From IMG/VR virus record IMGVR_UViG_3300027933_000004: a stretch of 29,233 bases of DNA; one strand, given 5' to 3'. This document shows, in pieces, positions 16,501 through 24,361 of this stretch. Positions within the stretch are counted from its first letter, which is position 1. Every line of letters begins with the position of its first letter. The translations under genes were made by a program, and so were the position numbers. Under the pieces are notes generated by a model. The model did no database searches and had not been told where the DNA came from. It saw only the letters and a list, made by a program, of their open reading frames with translations. The stretch is from a virus.

Positions 16501-16720
16501 TCCCAGCGATTTGCAAAATACTTACTTAGAATATGCAAGAAATAGGAGAGTTAGCAGATACGTGAGTGAGATAATTTCAACAATTAATTTACTATTTGAA
16601 AAGCATAAAATAGATTTAAACACGGCTCAAACATATCTTCAACAATTGAAGAAATATGGCTTAACTGATGAAGAAATACAATTAATCTTATTAAACTGGC
16701 AGTTGAGAAGTGCATATTAG
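13544..16720 (+). CDS. Large minor structural / terminal-fibre protein, SIRV2 P1070 homologue (1058 aa)
   Basis: Size and position fit P1070. The N-terminus is hydrophobic and G/A-rich. The C-terminal half is an array of helical repeats. Confidence 0.9.
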   Translation: MSFLLNLGDLGTFFSDELSALENFANWVSSDFINFINSISTDIQNALSFIGQAISDIPTFMQKIGTNFLTVLQNFIQTAIPVINGFEKWFSQQILGLLADLSSLASDFINSAYNTFQNAVNTFANLVNGVVQDILNGFGLNLPHVGGAIFQIAQFITPFIVPLTLAKFLPAITEGIADILPEIEIDLAPIGLGGKVPLRFGEIVKGVAEAGVDFLNELRNDIQSTLKEFIKEPFISDFKITARELFNEIGLGDLPFADPPFKEIANWVGARSFDEIKDHLQETILLTGFPAWFTDAYLNSPIDDFIPGNPLFRPVNIRDIILASQYGILNFDAVSKYAYNNLITPKTAKLMYTNQTARLLQRAVEEGIRQFIVSPEKAYQEIIQNVNLAGKDLFLKVFTLEYNYAVQRIVRQFLRSLLSRALTNFGRPYIDLKFLETTVQKLFKELNYPTQVQDVFNVMIEQSQIVYTNQLLLTQLEQITKLGIFDEKKIKAQLKANKFDEAIALTILQFELQYVQLQHILKEIQSKLQNYIISISDAEKELKALGFDSSIISETIFEYQTVPLTKYQISQIENLAKKGYISTDEAKKQLHALGVIAEFENIFVNYVNQDITISSTLNVLKQQLRNFLIDLKSAETELKKLKINESLVNEIIQEEYITNITKLQLSLVETIAKTLYYDQTQLTGELSKILKDKNAVEVYAQKFYFEYIFPKLVSYYTQLARHGITSKISNLPKEIVEYEINPEIQIFQLTTELEYIKSLLKDLQITSDKAVQELERLGMQKDIANLFVQTYIPTLYSLHTVIGNIVQGQLFKVGKVPVNLGNAESELKKLGIPDNQIKVLVEQYASSFGLEIWRKFLPSLSQIETAIKYNYPINQLVEYSFIPSEFLNLYSNLYQYELIGIQVQSLKTEYIQLLTYGVQNIQLEGLLKQYGINDVLLGILKLSAQIRKLLLAYQELYITPSKALSISEYVSNPTQLLQKVFSEFQVPSDLQNTYLEYARNRRVSRYVSEIISTINLLFEKHKIDLNTAQTYLQQLKKYGLTDEEIQLILLNWQLRSAY
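14995..16700 (+). repeat. Periodic protein motif (about 48-aa spacing) in the C-terminal half of the P1070 homologue
   Basis: AEKELKALGFDSSII, AKKQLHALGVIAEF, AETELKKLKINESLV, TGELSKILKDKNAV, AVQELERLGMQKDIA, AESELKKLGIPDNQI, EGLLKQYGINDVLL, AQTYLQQLKKYGLTDEEI. Confidence 0.7.
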
Positions 16721-16731
16721 ATAAATTCGTC
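16720..16731 (+). promoter_or_regulatory. TATA+GTC promoter of the ligase-like gene
   Basis: gataaattcGTC lies 20 nt upstream of ATG 16752. Confidence 0.65.
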
Positions 16732-16751
16732 ATAATTCTTAATTTCCTCAA

Positions 16752-17567
16752 ATGAGCGTAAATTTATGCAGATATGAGACACAAAATATAGGTTATAACG
16801 ATTTGGAAAAATTAGGAGATAATGTTTATTATGAAATTAAATATGACGGTACTCATATTTGTTTAAAGTTTGAGAACGAATTAAAAATTAATACTAGAAA
16901 TGATATTCCTCATGAAAAATCGTATCAGAATTTATTTTATCAAGTTGCAGGAATTGATGAAGTTATTAAATTTCTAAAGAAAAATTCACAATATATAATT
17001 CATGGAGAACTAGTACATAAGAAAACGTCAGGTATGCAAATACATACAAATGAAACACCTATATTTGTAATATATGATATATTTGATAAAGAAAATAACA
17101 AATATTTAGACCCGTTTAAAAACCATTTCGAAATTTCTTCATGGTTTATATTAAATTACTATAATATCGAATATATTTTAAACATAGTTTTGAAAGAAAG
17201 GTTAGAAGGAATAGTTGCTAAATTATATAATTATGAATCAGAACAATGTAAGGAAGGGCAAAATTTTAACTTATGCGTTTATAAATACAAACCTTATTTC
17301 TCAACTTTAGGAGTTATATTCAAACCTGTTAGAAAAGAACTTGATGTTAGAAAATTGTCATTTTTATTAGGAGAAATTGATAATGATTTGAAATATAATA
17401 AAAATAATTGGTATGAGAATCATCCAGAACTTTACGAATTCTTTATTAAAAATAAAGATAAGATAATAAAAATACTTCAAAATCAAAACATTGTGTTGCA
17501 AATACAAAAAGATACACATTTAGATATTAATAAAATAAAAGAATATATAAAAAATTTCGAAAGATGA
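16752..17567 (+). CDS. ATP-dependent ligase-like covalent nucleotidyltransferase (271 aa)
   Basis: All five nucleotidyltransferase motifs are present in order: I EIK30YDG, III IIHGE86LV, IIIa IFVIYDIFD, IV E152GIVAK, V VYK178YK180P. Confidence 0.8.
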   Translation: MSVNLCRYETQNIGYNDLEKLGDNVYYEIKYDGTHICLKFENELKINTRNDIPHEKSYQNLFYQVAGIDEVIKFLKKNSQYIIHGELVHKKTSGMQIHTNETPIFVIYDIFDKENNKYLDPFKNHFEISSWFILNYYNIEYILNIVLKERLEGIVAKLYNYESEQCKEGQNFNLCVYKYKPYFSTLGVIFKPVRKELDVRKLSFLLGEIDNDLKYNKNNWYENHPELYEFFIKNKDKIIKILQNQNIVLQIQKDTHLDINKIKEYIKNFER

Positions 17568-17618
17568 TAATAATGACAACTAGTGATATACGTTATATTA
17601 TGTATAAGTTGTGTGTGG

Positions 17619-17629
17619 TTTTTTACGTC
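17619..17629 (+). promoter_or_regulatory. TATA-like+GTC promoter
   Basis: ttttttacGTC lies 19 nt upstream of ATG 17649. Confidence 0.55.
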
Positions 17630-17648
17630 ATTTACTAAATAATAAAAT

Positions 17649-19349
17649 ATGCCTACGCCATATCCGACAAAGTTCAAATTGCCGTTGGAATATTTGACGT
17701 TACAAGACTGGAATAACTTTGTGCAAAATTTATTATTTATAAATCAATATGGCCCAGGAAAATTATTACAATATTATCAAAATGGCAATTTTCAAAACCT
17801 AGATGAGGTTATTGCAAAATATTTATATGTTTCGGCTCTAAAAGTTGCCGGATATAACGTTTTACATAATTTATCTGAACCGTTAGCTTATACTTTTGGC
17901 GAGGGAAATCAACAGCCATTTAAAACCATGACAAATAGACCGACTGTCGCTTTTCCATATTCAATACCTATCAAATTTGTGGAATTTTATCCAATATCTA
18001 AATTGCCTAACTATCAATTTCTTGTTTTTCCAATTGAAAAGTTACAAGTTAAATTATCACAAGTTAGCAAACAATTACAACTTTTAATTCCTAGACTAAT
18101 AAGTAAAATTGCAACTCCGACTAGTATCGCAGGCACACAATTTCAATTTTCTGGAACTGCAACTGTTCAACAACTTGTTGAAAATTATCTTGACCCGTCT
18201 TATTTACAATCTTGGAGAGAAATAACAATACAAAATCTAGGAAGTTCTGCAGTTCAAATAAATAATGCAATTTATTTAATGCCAAAACAATGTCTAAAAT
18301 TAACTACAAGTTCTCCTAGTGAAATTCAATTAACAGCTCAAACTCCAACACTTTTAAGCGAAGAAATTGAATTTACAGCAATTCCAACAGTTGCTTATAC
18401 AATTACAATAACAAATAATCAGGCTGATCCTACTCCTTCACCGTTTCAACAATTACTAAATTTAGATTTATCATCTATATTATCAAGTTCTAGCCAGCTT
18501 TTGAATTTAGAATTTTGTCTAGACACACAATGTAATACACCATTATACGCTTGGATTGAAAGTTATAATTCTAATTTATCAAGTGTTTATATTTGGATAA
18601 AATTACCAACTTCAATTCCAGCTAATTCATCAATTACAATTTATATGTTTATCAGGAATTCTATACAATATCCTTATACTGGGATATCGCCAACTTTAAC
18701 TTCTACATATGCACAATATGATAATGGCGAAAATGTATTTACTTTTTATGATAATTTTGCTGGAACTACATTAAGTTCAAAATGGATACAAGTTACAGCT
18801 CCACCTTCTGGAGTAATAACTGTAAATAATGGAGTATCAATTATAAATACTGTAAATACAATTTATTATGTTTCTTCACAATCATTTACAGCACCGTATA
18901 TAATTGATCAAGCTGGAATTCTTGGAGTTTGGGCTGATGATGGGCCATGGTTTGATTTAGAAAGTACAACATCAAGTTCTGGAACTGGATATTTATGGGC
19001 AACTAGAGGTCCAAATGTTGCTAATGATGGTCTTTATACAGATAATAATGGAAGTTATTCAGCTTTTGCGGCTGCGTCCAGGAGCAGTGGTTCTTCAAAC
19101 TTTACAATTTATACTTTAGAAGATGTTGGTGGAAGTTCTGGAACAATAAATACATATGTTAATTATAGTCTATGGCTTTCCGGTAGTTCAACAACATTTC
19201 CACATTCTGGACATTTCTCACCATTTAGATATGGTAATAATAATCCTCCACCATCTGTAATTTATTGGGTCAGAGTAAGGGCTTATCCGCCAAACGGTAC
19301 AATGCCTTCAAACAGTCAGCCACAGAAAACAATAATACTAGTCCAGTGA
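17649..19349 (+). CDS. Minor structural protein, SIRV2 P564 homologue (566 aa) with a DUF2341-like + ConA-like lectin C-terminal half
   Basis: Size and position fit P564. PLYAWIESYNSNLSSVYIWIKLPTSIPANSSITIYMF fits the DUF2341 pattern. It is followed by NVFTFYDNFAGTTLSSKW, typical of ConA-like lectin/glucanase domains. Confidence 0.85.
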   Translation: MPTPYPTKFKLPLEYLTLQDWNNFVQNLLFINQYGPGKLLQYYQNGNFQNLDEVIAKYLYVSALKVAGYNVLHNLSEPLAYTFGEGNQQPFKTMTNRPTVAFPYSIPIKFVEFYPISKLPNYQFLVFPIEKLQVKLSQVSKQLQLLIPRLISKIATPTSIAGTQFQFSGTATVQQLVENYLDPSYLQSWREITIQNLGSSAVQINNAIYLMPKQCLKLTTSSPSEIQLTAQTPTLLSEEIEFTAIPTVAYTITITNNQADPTPSPFQQLLNLDLSSILSSSSQLLNLEFCLDTQCNTPLYAWIESYNSNLSSVYIWIKLPTSIPANSSITIYMFIRNSIQYPYTGISPTLTSTYAQYDNGENVFTFYDNFAGTTLSSKWIQVTAPPSGVITVNNGVSIINTVNTIYYVSSQSFTAPYIIDQAGILGVWADDGPWFDLESTTSSSGTGYLWATRGPNVANDGLYTDNNGSYSAFAAASRSSGSSNFTIYTLEDVGGSSGTINTYVNYSLWLSGSSTTFPHSGHFSPFRYGNNNPPPSVIYWVRVRAYPPNGTMPSNSQPQKTIILVQ

Positions 19350-19356
19350 GCTAAAA

Positions 19357-21015
19357 ATGTCTTCAAATTATTGTGTTAAATTAACACAAAATATTCTAGT
19401 ATTATCTATGATGACACCAAATCCCATAAATTTTACATCTTTACAATTTTCATTATCTGTAAATTCGTTAGTTATATTTCTATTCTCAAAATATCCTTTT
19501 AATTTTGGTTATGCCGGCAATTGTTGTGTAAATCAAGACGAATTTGGATTTGCACAAGTTGGACAAAATTTCAATATAGATCTAACAAATTACCAAGGAT
19601 ATTATATGCTAATTTTAATTTATCCAGAAGGAAATAATTTCTATAATGTTGGAGCTTGTCAAATTGTTCCAAATCTAACTATCACTTTTCAAAATACAAC
19701 AATTTCGCCAGTTCAGAATATAACTATAAACAGTAATTTTGACGCTCAGTTTGAAACTAATTTTTGCACATGCTACCAAGGACAACAAATGATACCGGAA
19801 GCATCTTGTAGTAATTATTCTATTTATGCAACTATTTCATTAAACAGTCTAAATAATTATTTAGTAATTACAACTTGTCAAGCATTTCTTATTCAAAATA
19901 ATACAACTGTGGATTTCATAACACCTCATACATGCGATAATTTTGGCGTATTTATAACTGCACAAATAATATTTAGTGCAAATCAATCAGTTATAGATTT
20001 TTTAAACAGTAATAATATATCATATTCTATTGTTTCGTCTACTACATGTCAAGCATTTTCAAGTATATCGTCATGCGGATTACCTTGCAGATCAGTTTAC
20101 CAAATTTCACAATTATTATTACCGCCGCTTAAATATTCATTGATTACTTCAAAATTGTGGAATGAAATAGTTAGTGATTTATATTTAGCTTATAGTATCT
20201 TCAATTATATTAACTACTTATCTGAATTTCCATACATACAAAATATGTATTACGCAATTCTTGACTTTTACAACTTTTATCAAAACTTTCAACCTTACAC
20301 ATTTACACCGTTAATTCATGCAAAAAAAGGTTTGCCATTAACTGTAGATTATTTCAATAATCTTATTGATGCCATTATAAAATTAGCAAATTTAGGAAAC
20401 ATACAACTACAAAGAAAACTTTCACATGTCCAAACTGATGAAGCTGTAAAAGCGTTACAGTTTGATCGTGTAGTATATAACGTTAATCAACTTTTAACTT
20501 TCAATAAAAATCAATACTTTTTACTCAGCTGTTATGGAAATGAATTTAATAATTTATTGAGTTCAATAACTACATTCCTAAATGTCTTAATTTCGAATCC
20601 TATGATCAATATCACAATTCCAAATAATGTCTATATTAAAAACTTCCTAATTTACAATAATTTTAACACTATTACTATTTATGGGACAATTGCTAATCTT
20701 GTAATGAATTTAAATTCTGGAACTATACAATTACAAGACTTTTCATCTATAAGTTCTCTCATTTTACAAAATAATTCAGGAATAATAGAACTCAATAATG
20801 AATCCAATATACATAATTTATCGATTAATCAAAATCCCGGAACTATTAATGTCAACAATAATTCAACTGTAAATACAATACAAATTCAAAATAATAGCGG
20901 AACAATTAACATCAATGATAATGCAATAGTTCAAAATTTAATTTGTAGTCAAAATATTGGAACTGTAAATATTTCATCAGATGCAATAGTTATAAATAAT
21001 CAGTGCAGTTCATAG
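19357..21015 (+). CDS. Cys-rich putative virion/adhesin protein with a C-terminal beta-solenoid-like repeat (552 aa)
   Basis: Lies 7 nt after the upstream stop with a GTGAG Shine-Dalgarno-like sequence, so it is in the same operon. Many Cys and N-x-S/T sites. Five ~20-aa repeats at the C-terminus. Confidence 0.8.
   Translation: MSSNYCVKLTQNILVLSMMTPNPINFTSLQFSLSVNSLVIFLFSKYPFNFGYAGNCCVNQDEFGFAQVGQNFNIDLTNYQGYYMLILIYPEGNNFYNVGACQIVPNLTITFQNTTISPVQNITINSNFDAQFETNFCTCYQGQQMIPEASCSNYSIYATISLNSLNNYLVITTCQAFLIQNNTTVDFITPHTCDNFGVFITAQIIFSANQSVIDFLNSNNISYSIVSSTTCQAFSSISSCGLPCRSVYQISQLLLPPLKYSLITSKLWNEIVSDLYLAYSIFNYINYLSEFPYIQNMYYAILDFYNFYQNFQPYTFTPLIHAKKGLPLTVDYFNNLIDAIIKLANLGNIQLQRKLSHVQTDEAVKALQFDRVVYNVNQLLTFNKNQYFLLSCYGNEFNNLLSSITTFLNVLISNPMINITIPNNVYIKNFLIYNNFNTITIYGTIANLVMNLNSGTIQLQDFSSISSLILQNNSGIIELNNESNIHNLSINQNPGTINVNNNSTVNTIQIQNNSGTININDNAIVQNLICSQNIGTVNISSDAIVINNQCSS
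20707..21012 (+). repeat. Five tandem ~20-aa N-x-G-T-I-x-h repeats (coding)
   Basis: LNSGTIQLQD.., NNSGIIELNN.., QNPGTINVNN.., NNSGTININD.., QNIGTVNISS... Confidence 0.75.
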
Positions 21016-21492
21016 TTTACAAAATACAAATTCTCTATTATCATCAGTTATAAAAGTTAGAACTGTGCCGTATAATTTTCGCATTAAATCAAATCTGTTT
21101 TCTGTCCAGTCATGAAGTGCTATACAATATTGTTTATATTTTTGTAATTGAGAAAAATCTAAGTTTTTCTCGCATCCTTCGCAGTCCATAACTAGAACGT
21201 CAGTTTCTGGATATTGATTTCCAGTCCATTCACCATTTACATCAACTTTATCGCAAATATTAAAGTCTTTACAAACTTTTTCTTTAAATCGTTTATTTAA
21301 CTCATCACTTTTTTCGTAGCCGACAATTTTTTTAGCACCTTTTAACAAAAAATATAAAGCTGAACTTCCACAATCATTACCAATAATTGTAATTGTTTTA
21401 TTTTCAACTTGCAATTTTCCATAAGCTTGATCAAATTCATGCCAATAGCAACATTCCAATTTACAAAAATAATCTTTATAATTTATACTCAT
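21010..21492 (-). CDS. SAM-dependent methyltransferase, FkbM-like (160 aa)
   Basis: Motif I IIGNDCGSSALYFLLKGAKKIVGYE. VMDCEGCE resembles the FkbM-family D-x-E-G-x-E box. Lies 2 nt after the upstream gene. Confidence 0.8.
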   Translation of the reverse strand: MSINYKDYFCKLECCYWHEFDQAYGKLQVENKTITIIGNDCGSSALYFLLKGAKKIVGYEKSDELNKRFKEKVCKDFNICDKVDVNGEWTGNQYPETDVLVMDCEGCEKNLDFSQLQKYKQYCIALHDWTENRFDLMRKLYGTVLTFITDDNREFVFCKL

Positions 21493-21494
21493 GA

Positions 21495-22418
21495 TTAAAC
21501 TACCTCAAATAAAGCATAAACTTTAGCTTTTCCGGTAGCCCATGCGTAAACATTTGCGGGATTATTTACATGTATTTCTAAACTATCATTTTGCAAAATT
21601 GGAAAGTTATTATATAAATTATTGCCAATGTAAACTATGTAGTTACTGAGATTTTGGAGAATTATTCTTACAGTTTCTATAGACGGGCCTGAATAAAGTG
21701 GAGAAGGAGTTGTAGAAACATCTAACTGTAGTCCTTCTATTGTCGGCGGTGACAAATATAATGTAAGCTTATTTATTGTATTTGCTAATCCGACTGTTGC
21801 TAAATATACATATGTAAGCGTGTAAGCTAATGAATTTGCAACAAAATAAATCGCATTTTGTAACGAAATTCCTAATCTTTCAGCTAATGAACTTGCTAAT
21901 TCATAAAATGAAGTATAAAAGTTCTGCAAATCTTGCTTTATTGTAGTTCGTGTTTGTTGAACATTAGAAATTAAATAATTAACAACATTATAAATTGTTT
22001 CATAGAGAGCTTGAGTATCTTTAGTTAGAACTGAAGTCGCAGTTGGAACAGCAACTATAATTTTATCGTAAATTTCACCTGGAAGTTTAACAATTGAGTA
22101 ATATAATTGTTCATTACTATATAAAATTAAATTTATTTGTTGATTTGCAGTAGCTATGAATCCTGCGATATAAATTGGATCTAATTCAGTTAGTACCGGC
22201 TGTCCTGCTACATATACTTCATTATAAAAATTTCCAGAAGTTGCAGATATTGAATTTGGAACTATTAAGTTTCCATTTTTCAAAATTGAAGTAACGGCAT
22301 TACCTCCGGTTTCGTAAAGCTGGATTAAAAGCAAAGCTGCAGTATTCCACATGCCTGATGTTAAACGCTGGAATGGAGATGCCAGTAATTTCGAAATTGA
22401 GGTATATGTTACGCTCAT
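21495..22418 (-). CDS. Conserved rudiviral hypothetical protein (307 aa), possibly structural
   Basis: Clean ORF with a TATA+GTC promoter 18 nt upstream. Confidence 0.75.
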   Translation of the reverse strand: MSVTYTSISKLLASPFQRLTSGMWNTAALLLIQLYETGGNAVTSILKNGNLIVPNSISATSGNFYNEVYVAGQPVLTELDPIYIAGFIATANQQINLILYSNEQLYYSIVKLPGEIYDKIIVAVPTATSVLTKDTQALYETIYNVVNYLISNVQQTRTTIKQDLQNFYTSFYELASSLAERLGISLQNAIYFVANSLAYTLTYVYLATVGLANTINKLTLYLSPPTIEGLQLDVSTTPSPLYSGPSIETVRIILQNLSNYIVYIGNNLYNNFPILQNDSLEIHVNNPANVYAWATGKAKVYALFEVV

Positions 22419-22437
22419 AAAATTATATCATAAACAC

Positions 22438-22452
22438 GACATAAAAATAAAC
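22438..22452 (-). promoter_or_regulatory. TATA+GTC promoter (minus strand)
   Basis: The reverse complement reads gtttatttttatGTC, 19 nt upstream of ATG 22418. Confidence 0.6.
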
Positions 22453-22516
22453 GCTACACGTATATACAATATAACGTATATTTACTGTCCTCAATGTTCT
22501 CATCACGTTTTAACAA

Positions 22517-22530
22517 TATTTTAATTTGTC
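22517..22530 (+). promoter_or_regulatory. TATA+GTC promoter
   Basis: tattttaatttGTC. ATG 22550 is 19 nt downstream. ATG 22544 is only 13 nt downstream. Confidence 0.6.
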
Positions 22531-22549
22531 ATGAGCTGAAAGTATGATT

Positions 22550-23155
22550 ATGAAGGTTTTTACATTCGCAGGCTATACAAAACATTTAGAAGAATTGGAT
22601 TTTGATTATGTCGCAATCGATAAAACTTTTAATGATTTAACGCCAGAGTTGGAAGAGAAATTTACAGATAAGATAATTTGGAATGAGACAAATAGTGACA
22701 TAAGATGGGTAAGAATTGCAAAGCAATTACTAAAAATTATAAATATCGCAAAAGATATAAATGATGACATAATCGCAATAATCGATAGCGATATAATAGT
22801 TCCAAAAATACGTGAAATTGATCCACAAAATAAAATTTTGACTTTGTGTTATTGGCTTTATTACGAGTGGGCTAACGAAATAAGGCCTTTCTGTTCAGGA
22901 ACAAATTACATATTCAGGAAATCAGATATAGACATTTTTGAAATTATACTTGATGTTTATCTTGAAAAAAAATATTACGAAGATTTTCCAATCGATATTT
23001 ACCTTCATGACCATATCCCTCATCTAAATATTTTGAAATTGGGAACTATACATTATGTAAAAACGCCAGATGGTGAGAAGAAAATGGAATTTAAACTAGA
23101 CGATATCCCTCAAGTTGTCAAACATATTCCAGAATTTGTATTAATATCTTGGTGA
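22550..23155 (+). CDS. Putative GT-A-like glycosyltransferase (201 aa)
   Basis: A DxD-type motif IAIIDSDIIV follows a Rossmann-like N-terminus. This evidence is weak. The start was chosen from the promoter spacing. Confidence 0.65.
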   Translation: MKVFTFAGYTKHLEELDFDYVAIDKTFNDLTPELEEKFTDKIIWNETNSDIRWVRIAKQLLKIINIAKDINDDIIAIIDSDIIVPKIREIDPQNKILTLCYWLYYEWANEIRPFCSGTNYIFRKSDIDIFEIILDVYLEKKYYEDFPIDIYLHDHIPHLNILKLGTIHYVKTPDGEKKMEFKLDDIPQVVKHIPEFVLISW

Positions 23156-23270
23156 GGACAAAAATGGAATTCTTTAACTCAGAATTAAGTCCGATCCAGT
23201 CCAAATTAAAAGTTAAAGACATTAAAATGTCATTTTTTAAATTTTGAATTAAGGACGTGGTGAAATTAGA

Positions 23271-24335
23271 TTGTCAAATATTATTTATTACATTTATCCA
23301 CAACATCATGACGTCAGTTTTAAATTTATTGCTTTGCAATATATAAAAATGTTAAAAGAAAAATATACAGTTTATGAAATTCCGGCTTTATCATTCTATC
23401 AATTTACCCCATTCAGAAATCCAATTTCTATAATCCACCCATTTTTTTACAGTATGTGGCACTGGGGAAATGTAGAATTTTCATTTTTTGAACAGTATAG
23501 AACAAAAGTTAGTGAAGTTATTGGAGTTGAAGTTGCTGATAGTGATCAAATTGCAGAAAAATATATTGAATATGGAAATAACTACTCGGATAAAATAATA
23601 GTAAATTCGGAATGGTCAGCAAGAGCGTTTAAAAACTCAGGCTTAAAAGTTCCAATTTATAAAGTTGTCCATAATTTTAACGAAAGACTATTGACGAAAG
23701 ATGAGGAACTAAAACTTGATGAGCAAGTGAAATATATTAAAAAAGTCAAGAATGAGAAGAAAATTAAGCTAATTTTCATATCGCTATGGCATTCTGATTA
23801 TAGAAAAGGTGCTGATTTATTTCATGTAATTGCAAAAGAAATACAAAAAGAAAGGGATGATGTTTATTTCCTAGTTAAAAGTGGAGGGCCTAGGACAGAT
23901 TTTCAAGACCTCAAAATGTTTAATTTCACTGGAAATACCGATTTTGACAATATTGTTAAAATGTATAGAATTTCTGACTTGTATTTATTAACTAGCAGAG
24001 GTGGAAGTTTTGAATTAAACGGTCTTGAGGCTTTTATATCAAAAATTCCAGTAATTGCGACAAAAGGAGGAGCATGGGAAGAATATTTCCCTAAATCGTT
24101 AGAAGATTTACTAGTTAACAGTTGTAATTTTCCAGTTGTTTTGCCAGGAAATCCAATTCATATAGGAAAAGGTGTAGAAATGTGTATTAATGACACAATA
24201 GATAAAATCTTAGAAGTTCTAGATAAACTAGATGATTATAAAGCACGAATTGAAGAGAATTATAATTTCTGGTTAGAAAATTTCAGCTATAATGCAGTAA
24301 AAAAGCAATTGCTTAACACATTAGAAAAATCTTAA
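23271..24335 (+). CDS. GT-B fold glycosyltransferase (354 aa, TTG start)
   Basis: SRGGSFELNGLEAFISKIPVIATKGGA resembles the GT1/GT4 C-terminal domain. A GGTGA Shine-Dalgarno sequence lies 9 nt upstream of the TTG. Confidence 0.75.
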   Translation: MSNIIYYIYPQHHDVSFKFIALQYIKMLKEKYTVYEIPALSFYQFTPFRNPISIIHPFFYSMWHWGNVEFSFFEQYRTKVSEVIGVEVADSDQIAEKYIEYGNNYSDKIIVNSEWSARAFKNSGLKVPIYKVVHNFNERLLTKDEELKLDEQVKYIKKVKNEKKIKLIFISLWHSDYRKGADLFHVIAKEIQKERDDVYFLVKSGGPRTDFQDLKMFNFTGNTDFDNIVKMYRISDLYLLTSRGGSFELNGLEAFISKIPVIATKGGAWEEYFPKSLEDLLVNSCNFPVVLPGNPIHIGKGVEMCINDTIDKILEVLDKLDDYKARIEENYNFWLENFSYNAVKKQLLNTLEKS

Positions 24336-24342
24336 ATTGGTC
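24331..24342 (+). promoter_or_regulatory. TATA+GTC promoter of the permease-TGT unit
   Basis: cttaaattgGTC lies 19 nt upstream of ATG 24362. Confidence 0.65.
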
Positions 24343-24361
24343 ATAAAACCAAAACTGTGAT

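Noticed and set aside
17483-17677. 64-aa minus-strand ORF
   Set aside because: It spans the ligase-like gene end, the intergenic promoter and the P564 start.
23164-23247. 27-aa ORF (MEFFNSELSPIQSKLKVKDIKMSFFKF) after the GT-A-like gene, with a GGTGAGG sequence upstream
   Set aside because: It is too short, I could recognise no paralogue or motif, and it overlaps the likely promoter of the next glycosyltransferase.
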